Source: a virus
Virus record (IMG/VR): IMGVR_UViG_3300045988_151333
Length of the DNA: 35,344 nt
Strand: one strand, 5' to 3'
A model generated the notes under the pieces. The model searched no databases, was not told the origin of the DNA, and worked only from the letters and a program-made list of their open reading frames with translations. Of the stretch, positions 1 through 7,513 are shown piece by piece (the first letter of the stretch is position 1; every line of letters begins with the position of its first letter). The position numbers and the translations under genes are program-made.

Positions 1-119
1 GAGGACTACACCGAGGACGACTCCGTAGCGGGAGCGGAAAAAGATAAAATCAAAATCCCAAAACCCGGCGAGCAATTCGAGTATAACGGCGTTAAGTTTA
101 CCGCTCTCGGAGAGGAGCA
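1..119. repeat. Left copy of the 119-nt terminal overlap (identical to 35226-35344)
   Basis: Read directly. Both copies lie inside the same reading frame of one CDS. Confidence 0.97.
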
Positions 120-543
120 GGGCGGCGTGCTTGCCATTGTTTCGGAACTGCTCAAGGAGGAAATGCCGCTCGATAAAAGCAATAAAAACGACTGGCGCAC
201 CTCCTCGCTCCGTAAATACCTTAACGGAGAATACCTCGAACAATTCAACCGCGGCGACCTCCTCCCGTTTGTATCGGACTTGACAGCCGATGACGGTATA
301 AAAAACTACGGCACCGCCGAGGATTACGTTTTTCTCCTCTCGTGCGAACTTTACCGCAAATACAGAGAGTCCGTACCGCGCTTTAATAATTGGTGGTGGA
401 CTCTTACTTCTTGGACTTGCGCCCCGGCCAGCGAGAGCATCGCGCGGGTTGTCAACTCCGCGGGCGGAGTGAACGAAAATTATGCGTACATCGGTTACGG
501 CGTAGCCCCCGCTTGTCTGTTCAATCACAAAATCTTTAAGTAA
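1..543 (+). CDS. 3' part of a wrap-around gene that starts at 35076; DUF6273-like protein (about 230 aa in total)
   Basis: Frame 1 is open from nt 1 and in frame with ATG 35076 across the overlap. Motifs WRTSSLRKYLNGEYL, VFLLSCELY and WWWTLTSW ... GVAPACLF resemble DUF6273. Confidence 0.6.
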   Translation, partial: EDYTEDDSVAGAEKDKIKIPKPGEQFEYNGVKFTALGEEQGGVLAIVSELLKEEMPLDKSNKNDWRTSSLRKYLNGEYLEQFNRGDLLPFVSDLTADDGIKNYGTAEDYVFLLSCELYRKYRESVPRFNNWWWTLTSWTCAPASESIARVVNSAGGVNENYAYIGYGVAPACLFNHKIFK

Positions 544-576
544 TCTGCGCCGATAGGCGCGTATGGAGGCGGCAAT

Positions 577-1140
577 ATGGAAAAACACATTTTAACATAC
601 ACGAGCGACGGCACCGATAAAACCGCCGTCGCAATTACAAAAATAAGAAACTCAGGCACCGACATTATAGGCGAGATTGTTTATACGGGTACCGACGAGG
701 GCGCAGTTATCCTTGAGGACTTAATAGAGCACCCAGGTTATAACGCTCTTGCTAAAGAGGTTAAGGAACTCCGCGACGCAGCAGAACGGCGCAGAGAGCG
801 CACAATACGAAAAGTAGAGCAAGCTCTCGGGTTAAAGCTCTACGATTGGCAAAAAGCATTTATTTTCTACAATAAACCCTACAATTACTATGTAAGCGGT
901 TATAGAGGAACGGGAAAAACCCTTGCTCATTGCCTCCGCCTTTGCTTATCCGAGGGCGAGCCGATTATAGCGGCACTCACACCTCCCACAAGGGCGAAAA
1001 ACGAATTTTTGCGCTATCTCGGCGAGGACGGCTGCTCCATACACCACTCGCAATTCTTTATAAATGAGTTGCGACAAGTTTATAACAAGCTCCTCGCGGC
1101 GGGAAATATCGACCTCCGCGAGATAACCTTTAAGAGGTAA
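577..1140 (+). CDS. Hypothetical protein with a Walker A motif (GYRGTGKT)
   Basis: 187-aa ORF. LYDWQKAFIF followed by G-x4-GKT resembles the N-terminus of terminase or helicase-type ATPases. Confidence 0.6.
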   Translation: MEKHILTYTSDGTDKTAVAITKIRNSGTDIIGEIVYTGTDEGAVILEDLIEHPGYNALAKEVKELRDAAERRRERTIRKVEQALGLKLYDWQKAFIFYNKPYNYYVSGYRGTGKTLAHCLRLCLSEGEPIIAALTPPTRAKNEFLRYLGEDGCSIHHSQFFINELRQVYNKLLAAGNIDLREITFKR

Positions 1141-1142
1141 AT

Positions 1143-1268
1143 ATGGAAAGTATCAAAATCGAAAAAGACGGCTCTGTATCTAAAATTACGGTAGAAATGA
1201 CCGAGGGACTCTTTGAGGAGTTTTTGCAATTCCGAAAAAGCAAAGACGAGTACGACAACCGAGCCTAG
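1143..1268 (+). CDS. Small hypothetical protein (41 aa)
   Basis: AAGAGGT RBS 4-5 nt upstream of the ATG. Fills an otherwise empty gap. Below the ORF-track cutoff. Confidence 0.35.
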   Translation: MESIKIEKDGSVSKITVEMTEGLFEEFLQFRKSKDEYDNRA

Positions 1269-1369
1269 AAAGAAATCGAGGGCTTGCGCCGCCGTATAGG
1301 ATTTTAGTAAAGGCAATTATTAACTTGACAGGTGGCAAAATGCCAAAATGAAAAGAAGAGGAGTAAAAG

Positions 1370-1735
1370 ATGTACAAAGAAAAGGCAATCGAAAAAATAC
1401 AAAAGGAATTAAAAGCTTTTACCGGTGGGAACAAAGAAAAAGCCGTGTCGAAGCCCGTCGCAGAAACGCTTGAAATGTTTTGCAAACAAAACGAAGAATT
1501 CGCGCAAGCTATATACGAGAGTGACAAGACCCTTTCGAATTGCTGCAAAACGATAATGGAAAAAAGCGGAAATGCGATATCTGATATCGAAGTTTATAAA
1601 CGGGCCGTCAAATACTACTTTTCGACAGCCGACATTGAAATGTCAATGAAAATCAATTTGTGCGGCGACCTCTCCGCCGGAGAAAGCGATAAAGGCGGTA
1701 AGGTAATATCGCTTTCGTTTGATGATTTGTTCTAA
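1370..1735 (+). CDS. PcfK-like protein
   Basis: Strong RBS (GAGGAG). Sequence pattern ETLEMFCKQNEEFAQAI ... SDIEVYKRAVKYYF. Sits immediately upstream of a PcfJ-like gene, as on conjugative plasmids. Confidence 0.5.
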   Translation: MYKEKAIEKIQKELKAFTGGNKEKAVSKPVAETLEMFCKQNEEFAQAIYESDKTLSNCCKTIMEKSGNAISDIEVYKRAVKYYFSTADIEMSMKINLCGDLSAGESDKGGKVISLSFDDLF

Positions 1736-1746
1736 GGAGCGGGAAA

Positions 1747-3423
1747 ATGAAAGTTTATAAAACAAAAGACGCAATACTGCGCCACGCTCCGAATCTTGAC
1801 GCCGAAGACGAAAAGCTGCTTAACAGCGAGTGCTTCACGCCGTATATATTTTACAAAGATGACAGAAAAAATAAAAGGCGTGAGTGCTACTGCACCGCCT
1901 GCGGAGCGGAGTTTAACGAGGACTTTGTTAAACGAACAATGACCCAGGACGACAGAAGATTTTTAGATGCGGAGCATAACCAAATCGTGAAATGTCCGAA
2001 GTGCGGCAGACGAGTTATGCTGAAAAACGAGGGCCGCGTTCGAGACTGCAAGAGCCTTGAAGAATGGCGCCGTTTTGTGGCTGTTAAACCTGTGGGGCGA
2101 AACACTGTATATCTGATATGTGGGTGGGCGAATAAGGACTACACCGGGCGATACATTAAAACAAAACCGATATATGACATTTCGGCGATATATTACTTAA
2201 CACCCGGGTATGTCCGAGTTTTCAAAAATGCAAATCCGAATTGGTATGCAAAATATTGGTATGCAAAATATTGGTATGAACCAAAAAGCATTATTGAGCC
2301 GTTTATTAAAACGTTCAGTTACAACAATGCTTATGCTGAAAACAGGGGGTACAGATGGATAGGCTTTGACCGACTGAAAAAGACCTTTTTAAAATATGCG
2401 CCGATTGAGAATTTTTCTGTCGCGTATGAAAAATATTTCTACAACAAGCCATACGTCTGTGTCGGCGAAGTGCCCGAGGTGAAGTTCTTCGCTTATTCGG
2501 CGATATATCCGAATGTTGAAAAGTTATTAAAGCTCGATCTTGGAGAATTCGTATGCAGCCTTGTAGACGGCAAGCCGATGAAGAGATTTATAAACTGGAA
2601 TGCTCCGACCGTGCAGAGCATGTTCAATATGACGCGCGGCGAATTTAAACGTTTTCGTGAACAATTTTACAATTTTGACGATTTTAAGGTTTATAAAATC
2701 CTGAAATCGGCAAATCCGAACATTCAATATGCTGTGGCTGTTGACCTTTGCAAAGCTTATAGCGGCGAAGCGGCTGAAAAAATAGCGTGGACGGTAAAAA
2801 AACAAAAACTCAGCTTGACAAAAACATTGAACTATCTCATAAAGGCCGAAAGAAAGAATTTCAAAAGCCAATATGAAAAAAGCACGTCATTCAGCCGCAG
2901 CACAACTGCGATATGGTGGAAAGACTACATATATTTTGCCGAAAAACTTAAATATGACCTTACAAGAAGTGATGTCATATATCCGAAAAACTTAAAACAA
3001 GCACATGACAATGCTTCGGGCGCGTTTGTGATAAAAAAGAACCAAGACGCCTATGCAAAATATCAGAAAAGATATGCCGCCCTCGAAAAGCGATATGCCT
3101 TTTCTAACGGTGAATATCAAATCGTAATTCCAATAGGCGTAAATGACATAATCGAAGAAGGCAAGATTCTTTCCCATTGCGTAGGCGGATATGCCGAACG
3201 CCATATGAAGGGAAAAACTACGATTTTGTTTATGAGAAAATGCAACGCGCCTGCGGAGCGGCTTGTCACAATCGAAGTCAAGGACGATAGAATTTGTCAA
3301 AATTACGGATTCCACGACCGGCAAGTCTCGCCCGCCGAACAAAAATTCATAAATACATGGATTGAATGGGTGCGTGCCGGTTCTCACAAATTGGAAAACA
3401 AAAAAACTGCCGGAGCGGCTTAA
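1747..3423 (+). CDS. PcfJ-like domain protein with an N-terminal Zn-ribbon
   Basis: 558 aa. CxxC...CxxC near the N-terminus. C-terminal LSHCVGGYAERHMKGKTTILFMRK is typical of the PcfJ-like family. Confidence 0.6.
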   Translation: MKVYKTKDAILRHAPNLDAEDEKLLNSECFTPYIFYKDDRKNKRRECYCTACGAEFNEDFVKRTMTQDDRRFLDAEHNQIVKCPKCGRRVMLKNEGRVRDCKSLEEWRRFVAVKPVGRNTVYLICGWANKDYTGRYIKTKPIYDISAIYYLTPGYVRVFKNANPNWYAKYWYAKYWYEPKSIIEPFIKTFSYNNAYAENRGYRWIGFDRLKKTFLKYAPIENFSVAYEKYFYNKPYVCVGEVPEVKFFAYSAIYPNVEKLLKLDLGEFVCSLVDGKPMKRFINWNAPTVQSMFNMTRGEFKRFREQFYNFDDFKVYKILKSANPNIQYAVAVDLCKAYSGEAAEKIAWTVKKQKLSLTKTLNYLIKAERKNFKSQYEKSTSFSRSTTAIWWKDYIYFAEKLKYDLTRSDVIYPKNLKQAHDNASGAFVIKKNQDAYAKYQKRYAALEKRYAFSNGEYQIVIPIGVNDIIEEGKILSHCVGGYAERHMKGKTTILFMRKCNAPAERLVTIEVKDDRICQNYGFHDRQVSPAEQKFINTWIEWVRAGSHKLENKKTAGAA

Positions 3424-3441
3424 AAGAAAGGACGTTTTAAA

Positions 3442-4371
3442 ATGGAAAAACTGATAATAAATCAAACATCAACTGAAGTCAGCGAGATATACAGAGAAGC
3501 TGTTCAAACGCATCAGCGAATCTTGGCGAACGGCGAGATTTGTGCGCAGTCCCTTTTAGAAATTTGCAAAGATCTAAAAAAGATGCGTGACCAAAAACTT
3601 TATGAAGAATTCGGGTACTCTTCTTTCGATGAATACACGGAAAAGGCAGTAAGCATTAAGCCAAGACAAGCTTACACGTACATATCGACGTATGAACGCT
3701 TAGGAAGTACGGTTTTGCAGTCGAATGCAAATTTGGGAATCACCAAGCTTGACCTTATAGCGCAGATGAACCCGGTTGAACGCACGGAAAAGCTTGCTGA
3801 AAATGCCTTTGACGGAATGTCCGTATCTGAAATAAAGACTCTTGTTCAAAAGTCAAAAAATCAGGGAGAACAAATAAGCTTGCTTCAGACTGCACTTGAA
3901 GAGGCTAAGGCGCAGAACAAGGCGGCGGAAGAACCCGACGAAGAAAAAGAAACGCTGCGGGCACAAATCGTTGCCCTAAAAAAAGAAATCACCGACAGCG
4001 CATCAAAGCTTGAGTCCGAAAAAAGGGATATTGTCGAAAAAGCAAAAAGCGAGGGTATAAAAGCAGCGAAAAAAGAGGCTCTTATTGAAGCGACAAAATC
4101 AGTCAAAGAAAATACGGAGCGGCTCACTCAAAAAATTAAGGACCTTGAAACAGCTTTGACCGAAGCCGGCGTCGAGCGCGATAAACTTGAAAAGCAATTA
4201 TCCCTTGCCGACAGCGAGTCGGCCAAAGCAATGGTGTACATTCAAAATATTCAGGACAACTTCAATTCTTTATTTGCCGCAATAGGAAAAATGCCGGATG
4301 AGCAAAAAAGCAAATTCAACAGTGCTTGCCTAAAGCTGTTAGAAGCAATGCGCCGACAGGTCGAAGAATAA
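3442..4371 (+). CDS. ParB/KorB-like or DUF3102-like DNA-binding protein with a long C-terminal coiled coil
   Basis: N-terminal EICKDLKKMRDQKLYEEFGYSSFDEYTEKAVSIKPRQAYTYI. The C-terminal half is E/K-rich with heptad character. Confidence 0.45.
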   Translation: MEKLIINQTSTEVSEIYREAVQTHQRILANGEICAQSLLEICKDLKKMRDQKLYEEFGYSSFDEYTEKAVSIKPRQAYTYISTYERLGSTVLQSNANLGITKLDLIAQMNPVERTEKLAENAFDGMSVSEIKTLVQKSKNQGEQISLLQTALEEAKAQNKAAEEPDEEKETLRAQIVALKKEITDSASKLESEKRDIVEKAKSEGIKAAKKEALIEATKSVKENTERLTQKIKDLETALTEAGVERDKLEKQLSLADSESAKAMVYIQNIQDNFNSLFAAIGKMPDEQKSKFNSACLKLLEAMRRQVEE

Positions 4372-4384
4372 GGGAAGTTAAAAA

Positions 4385-4579
4385 ATGATTATCACAGCTA
4401 AAATAAAAGTTGATGTTCCGATGGGATTTTATTGTAAGAAATGTCAGAGAAAAGAGCGCGACGAGAAACATTTTATGTTTTGCACTCTTTTCAATCGTTA
4501 TCTTTACATACGAAAAGGCGAGTACCTTAAATGTCGAGAGTGTGTGAATGCACTCTATGATGAAATAGACAGCAGGTAA
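4385..4579 (+). CDS. Small Zn-ribbon protein (CKKC ... CREC)
   Basis: 64-aa ORF with an RBS and two CxxC pairs. Confidence 0.5.
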   Translation: MIITAKIKVDVPMGFYCKKCQRKERDEKHFMFCTLFNRYLYIRKGEYLKCRECVNALYDEIDSR

Positions 4580-4589
4580 AGGAGAAAAA

Positions 4590-4808
4590 ATGCAATACAT
4601 ACCATATGCCGTTACGGCGGCGGCGATAATCGGAACAATCGGAAACAGCTATAAAAAAGTTTGGAGCTTCTACATTTGGATTTTCACAAACGCTTTTTGG
4701 TGCGTCTTCAATCTAAAAAATCACAGCTACGCACAGGCGATCTTATACGCTGTTTATTTTGTCTTGGCAATAATCGGAATCGCACAGTGGAGGAAAAAAG
4801 AAAAATGA
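4590..4808 (+). CDS. 72-aa three-TM protein resembling the N-terminal repeat of the PnuC nicotinamide riboside transporter
   Basis: AAGGAG RBS. AVTAAAIIGTIGNSYKKVWSFYIWIFTNAFWCVFN...YAQAILYAVYFVLAIIGIAQW aligns by eye with the first 3-TM bundle of PnuC. Confidence 0.5.
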   Translation: MQYIPYAVTAAAIIGTIGNSYKKVWSFYIWIFTNAFWCVFNLKNHSYAQAILYAVYFVLAIIGIAQWRKKEK

Positions 4809-5200
4809 CACTTATTGAGCTTAACAATCTTCGCTACATAGAAAAAGAAATAATATTGCTTCAGCTCAGAATACGAGAGCTTGAAAATGAAACCGAGCGC
4901 ATAACTCCGATTTTAACAAATCTGCCCGGCAGCGGAGATGTGAAAAGCTCAATTGTCGAACAGCTGATTGACGAAAAAGAAAAACTCGGAGCGGCCCTGC
5001 GAACGCGGCAGGAAGAGCGAAGGAAAGCCATGCGCTTTATAAACGGAATCCCTGATTGTCAGCTTCGAATAATTTTCATTTTGCGTTTTATTTCCGGCAA
5101 GAGTTGGAACGAGGTTGCCGACTATATCGGCGGCGGCAACACAGAACAAGGCGTGTGCATGCGCGCACTTCGGTATCTTCGAAAATTCGAAAGTTGTTAA
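4805..5200 (+). CDS. Sigma-70 region-4-type late transcription regulator (DUF1492/RinA-like class)
   Basis: ATG 4805 overlaps the upstream stop (ATGA). An N-terminal coiled coil is followed by RIIFILRFISGKSWNEVADYIG...MRALRYLRKF. The 4661 start in the ORF track is an overlapping extension. Confidence 0.6.
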   Translation: MTLIELNNLRYIEKEIILLQLRIRELENETERITPILTNLPGSGDVKSSIVEQLIDEKEKLGAALRTRQEERRKAMRFINGIPDCQLRIIFILRFISGKSWNEVADYIGGGNTEQGVCMRALRYLRKFESC

Positions 5201-5227
5201 ATATGTTAAACGCCTTTTTGATAATAT

Positions 5228-5251
5228 AAAATCAGAGAGAAACCTGATTTT
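5228..5251 (+). promoter_or_regulatory. Hairpin (8-bp stem AAAATCAG/CTGATTTT, 8-nt loop) between the late regulator and the late genes
   Basis: Read directly. The stem is AT-rich and weak, so the function is uncertain. Confidence 0.3.
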
Positions 5252-5269
5252 AAAACAAAGAGGTGCGAT

Positions 5270-5761
5270 ATGGCTAAGACGGGCAGAAAATCCAAATACG
5301 ACGCCGAAATTAAGCCGCATCTTGCCGAAATTGAAAAAGCGGTTAAAAACGGCGCGACAATAACAGAAATCGCAACGGCGCTGAATATTGCTGAAAGCAC
5401 CATTTACAAATACAAGAAAGAGAAAAAGGAGTTTTCGGCGATATTTGCGCGCGGGCGCGCGTCTATAATTATAGACATTCGAGGAGCTTTGCTAAAAAAA
5501 GCCCTTGGGTATGATTACGAAGAAGAAAAAAAGGTCGGAAGGAAAGACCGAAACGGCGAAAACATAATGATTGTTGAAAAATACAGAAGGCATCAGCCGC
5601 CGAGCGAAACAGCCGCCGCAATGCTCCTTCGAAATTACGATGCGAAATGGATTGACAAAGATAATGCGACGACCGAACTTAAAAAACAAGAGTTTGAGCT
5701 ACGAAAAACGATTTCTGAAAGTAACAATTTTGATTTAGATTGGGATGAAAAAAATGGCTGA
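5270..5761 (+). CDS. Terminase small subunit-like HTH protein
   Basis: GRKSKYDAEI...GATITEIATALNIAESTIYKYKK...FS...LLKKALGYDYEEEKKV...PPSETAAAMLLRNYDAKWIDK matches the common Firmicutes-phage TerS pattern. Confidence 0.6.
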   Translation: MAKTGRKSKYDAEIKPHLAEIEKAVKNGATITEIATALNIAESTIYKYKKEKKEFSAIFARGRASIIIDIRGALLKKALGYDYEEEKKVGRKDRNGENIMIVEKYRRHQPPSETAAAMLLRNYDAKWIDKDNATTELKKQEFELRKTISESNNFDLDWDEKNG

Positions 5762-6407
5762 TAGCGAGAGAAATTATTTTGTTTTTAGTGAAAACAACTG
5801 TAAATTTGAAAGCTTAACAAAAGAGCAAATTTTATCGGCAATTGAGCAGGCGGTTGACTCCGGAAAAATAAAGGATGTTGACACAGGATTTGTGACGAAA
5901 ATTAAAGAGCAAAACAAAAACGCCGGCTTAATGTTTTGGGTTGGCAATCAAGCCGAATATAATGCGCTTGAAAGCAAAAAAAACAACTGTCTTTATATAA
6001 TTACCGATGACAGAAAAAACGAAAGTATAGATCTTATTTGGAACAATCTGGGGCAGCTCAACGACATAGCAGACGGGGCAATGCAATGCGTCTACGAAAG
6101 TAATGACTCGATTCCATTTGATGTTAATTTCACAGGCGACGGACAATTTAAAGAATTCGACCTCTCCTTCGGCGATTATAAATACGATCCGACAAGAGAT
6201 GTTGTTGTTGCTGAGATTTCGAACAAGCAAACAATACCGCTTGTCGAACATTGCTTTTTTGCGCTAACACTTAAGAAAAGGGGATATAATAACGGCACTT
6301 ACGGCATGAAACTTGGTATTTGCATCGTAAGTGGGCTTGGCAATTCACAGTGTCCGCATCTGCACGTATCGTACAAACTTCTCAGAAAATCATACGGGGT
6401 GTCATAA
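5745..6407 (+). CDS. Tail-fibre-associated-like protein
   Basis: LTKEQILSAIEQAV..GKIKDVDTGFVTKIKEQN...MFWVGNQAEYNAL...LYIITDD is a motif seen in Gram-positive phage fibre proteins. Confidence 0.45.
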   Translation: MKKMADSERNYFVFSENNCKFESLTKEQILSAIEQAVDSGKIKDVDTGFVTKIKEQNKNAGLMFWVGNQAEYNALESKKNNCLYIITDDRKNESIDLIWNNLGQLNDIADGAMQCVYESNDSIPFDVNFTGDGQFKEFDLSFGDYKYDPTRDVVVAEISNKQTIPLVEHCFFALTLKKRGYNNGTYGMKLGICIVSGLGNSQCPHLHVSYKLLRKSYGVS

Positions 6408-7036
6408 TGGCTTACATAAACGGAAAAGAGATACTGTTATCAGCTCAACTAACCGGGCTTGTAAACATCGACAGCGAAATATCGGACACAAGCGAAAACC
6501 CGGTGCAGAACAAGGCTGTTAAAGCTTATGCCGACGGCTTGTCAAAGTACAGAATTATAAGCGATGTGACTATAACTGAAGACATCGGTACATATTCAAT
6601 ATCGCAAGATAGCAACGGCAATGCGTTCGATTTGCGGAAAATGTTTTTCTTATTTATCGGAAAATTTAACGCGGCTTTAAGCAATAAAGCGTTGTCACTG
6701 CGAACAAACGGCGGGTATCACTACCTTGCATATATGGGTTACACACTTGCTGAAGATCACGAGTGCGCTTTTTGGCTTGAAGCAGAAAACTTTTTGCGGA
6801 CGAATGAAAACAGCGGAATTAAAAGCACATATTCGGCTACATTGCTTCAACAATTCACAAATGGACTTGCTCAAGGCTTGAGCGGAAATAATGTTGCTGT
6901 AAATTCAGACATCTCGTTCCAAAAAAGACACCCAAATTACCCGCACCCAATGAGCGAGATTAAATTCGGCGTCCACGACAGTACTATAAAAATGAAATCG
7001 GGAAGTCGTTTTATACTTCTCGGCATTGATTATTGA
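6407..7036 (+). CDS. Hypothetical structural/fibre-like protein
   Basis: ATG 6407 overlaps the upstream TAA. The N-terminal SENPVQNKAVKAY motif is common in fibre proteins. The 6320 start in the ORF track is an overlapping extension. Confidence 0.45.
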   Translation: MAYINGKEILLSAQLTGLVNIDSEISDTSENPVQNKAVKAYADGLSKYRIISDVTITEDIGTYSISQDSNGNAFDLRKMFFLFIGKFNAALSNKALSLRTNGGYHYLAYMGYTLAEDHECAFWLEAENFLRTNENSGIKSTYSATLLQQFTNGLAQGLSGNNVAVNSDISFQKRHPNYPHPMSEIKFGVHDSTIKMKSGSRFILLGIDY

Positions 7037-7049
7037 GGAGGGCTGAATT

Positions 7050-7256
7050 ATGCGAATGTACGACAACGGCATATACAGAGATATGACCGAGGAAGAAGAA
7101 GCCGCTGTAATGGCGGTCACAGAGCAGGAAGAAACAGCAAACAAAGACGGTTTAACGTCTCTTGCCGAGGGTTTAAGCACGGCGACATCACTCGCACAGG
7201 TGCGGTCGGCGGCTAAGTCCGTTCTTGCAGATGAAAGCGAGGGAACAAATGAGTGA
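7050..7256 (+). CDS. Small acidic hypothetical protein
   Basis: GAGGAGGG RBS. 68 aa. Confidence 0.5.
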   Translation: MRMYDNGIYRDMTEEEEAAVMAVTEQEETANKDGLTSLAEGLSTATSLAQVRSAAKSVLADESEGTNE

Positions 7257-7509
7257 TGCGGTAGCGGTCGCGCTTATATCGGGCGGACTTGCCCTTGTAG
7301 GCGTGATAATAACTTCAATAAGCACTTCTCGCAGAATGACCGCACAACTTGAACGTAACCAGGCTGTGACGGACACTAAGATTGAAGAGCTTACACGCGA
7401 AGTAAGGCTTCACAACAACTTCGCGCAGCGTATTCCCGTTATAGAAAGAGACATAAAAGTCATAAATCATCGAATAGACGATTTAGAAAAATATCACAAA
7501 GGAGATTAA
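7249..7509 (+). CDS. Membrane-anchored coiled-coil protein (XhlA-like lysis accessory)
   Basis: N-terminal TM segment (AVAVALISGGLALVGVIITSI) followed by a coiled coil. Lies directly upstream of the endolysin. Confidence 0.5.
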   Translation: MSDAVAVALISGGLALVGVIITSISTSRRMTAQLERNQAVTDTKIEELTREVRLHNNFAQRIPVIERDIKVINHRIDDLEKYHKGD

Positions 7510-7513
7510 AATT

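Noticed and set aside
1-119. The terminal repeat as a genuine virion direct terminal repeat
   Set aside because: It lies inside a continuous CDS, and the genome carries the HNH/cos-type packaging layout. An assembly overlap of a circular molecule is more parsimonious.
1143-1310. TAG read-through or stop-codon reassignment (12 in-frame codons follow the TAG at 1266)
   Set aside because: TAG, TGA and TAA all terminate well-supported genes here (for example terL ends in TAG at 11393). ORF lengths are normal under the standard code.
2992-3465. Long antisense ORFs (2992..3465, 13345..13779, 15116..15607, 19974..20420, 25213..25641, all minus strand)
   Set aside because: Each is fully embedded opposite a well-supported plus-strand gene. 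They lack RBS motifs and encode low-complexity, Phe/Leu/Ser-rich products typical of antisense frames.
4661-4804. N-terminal extensions in the ORF track (4661, 6320, 9409, 24749, 30509, 31114, 29229 on the minus strand)
   Set aside because: The extensions overlap the preceding gene or lie upstream of the promoter or RBS. Internal ATGs with an RBS or ATGA/TAATG coupling give compact, non-overlapping genes.
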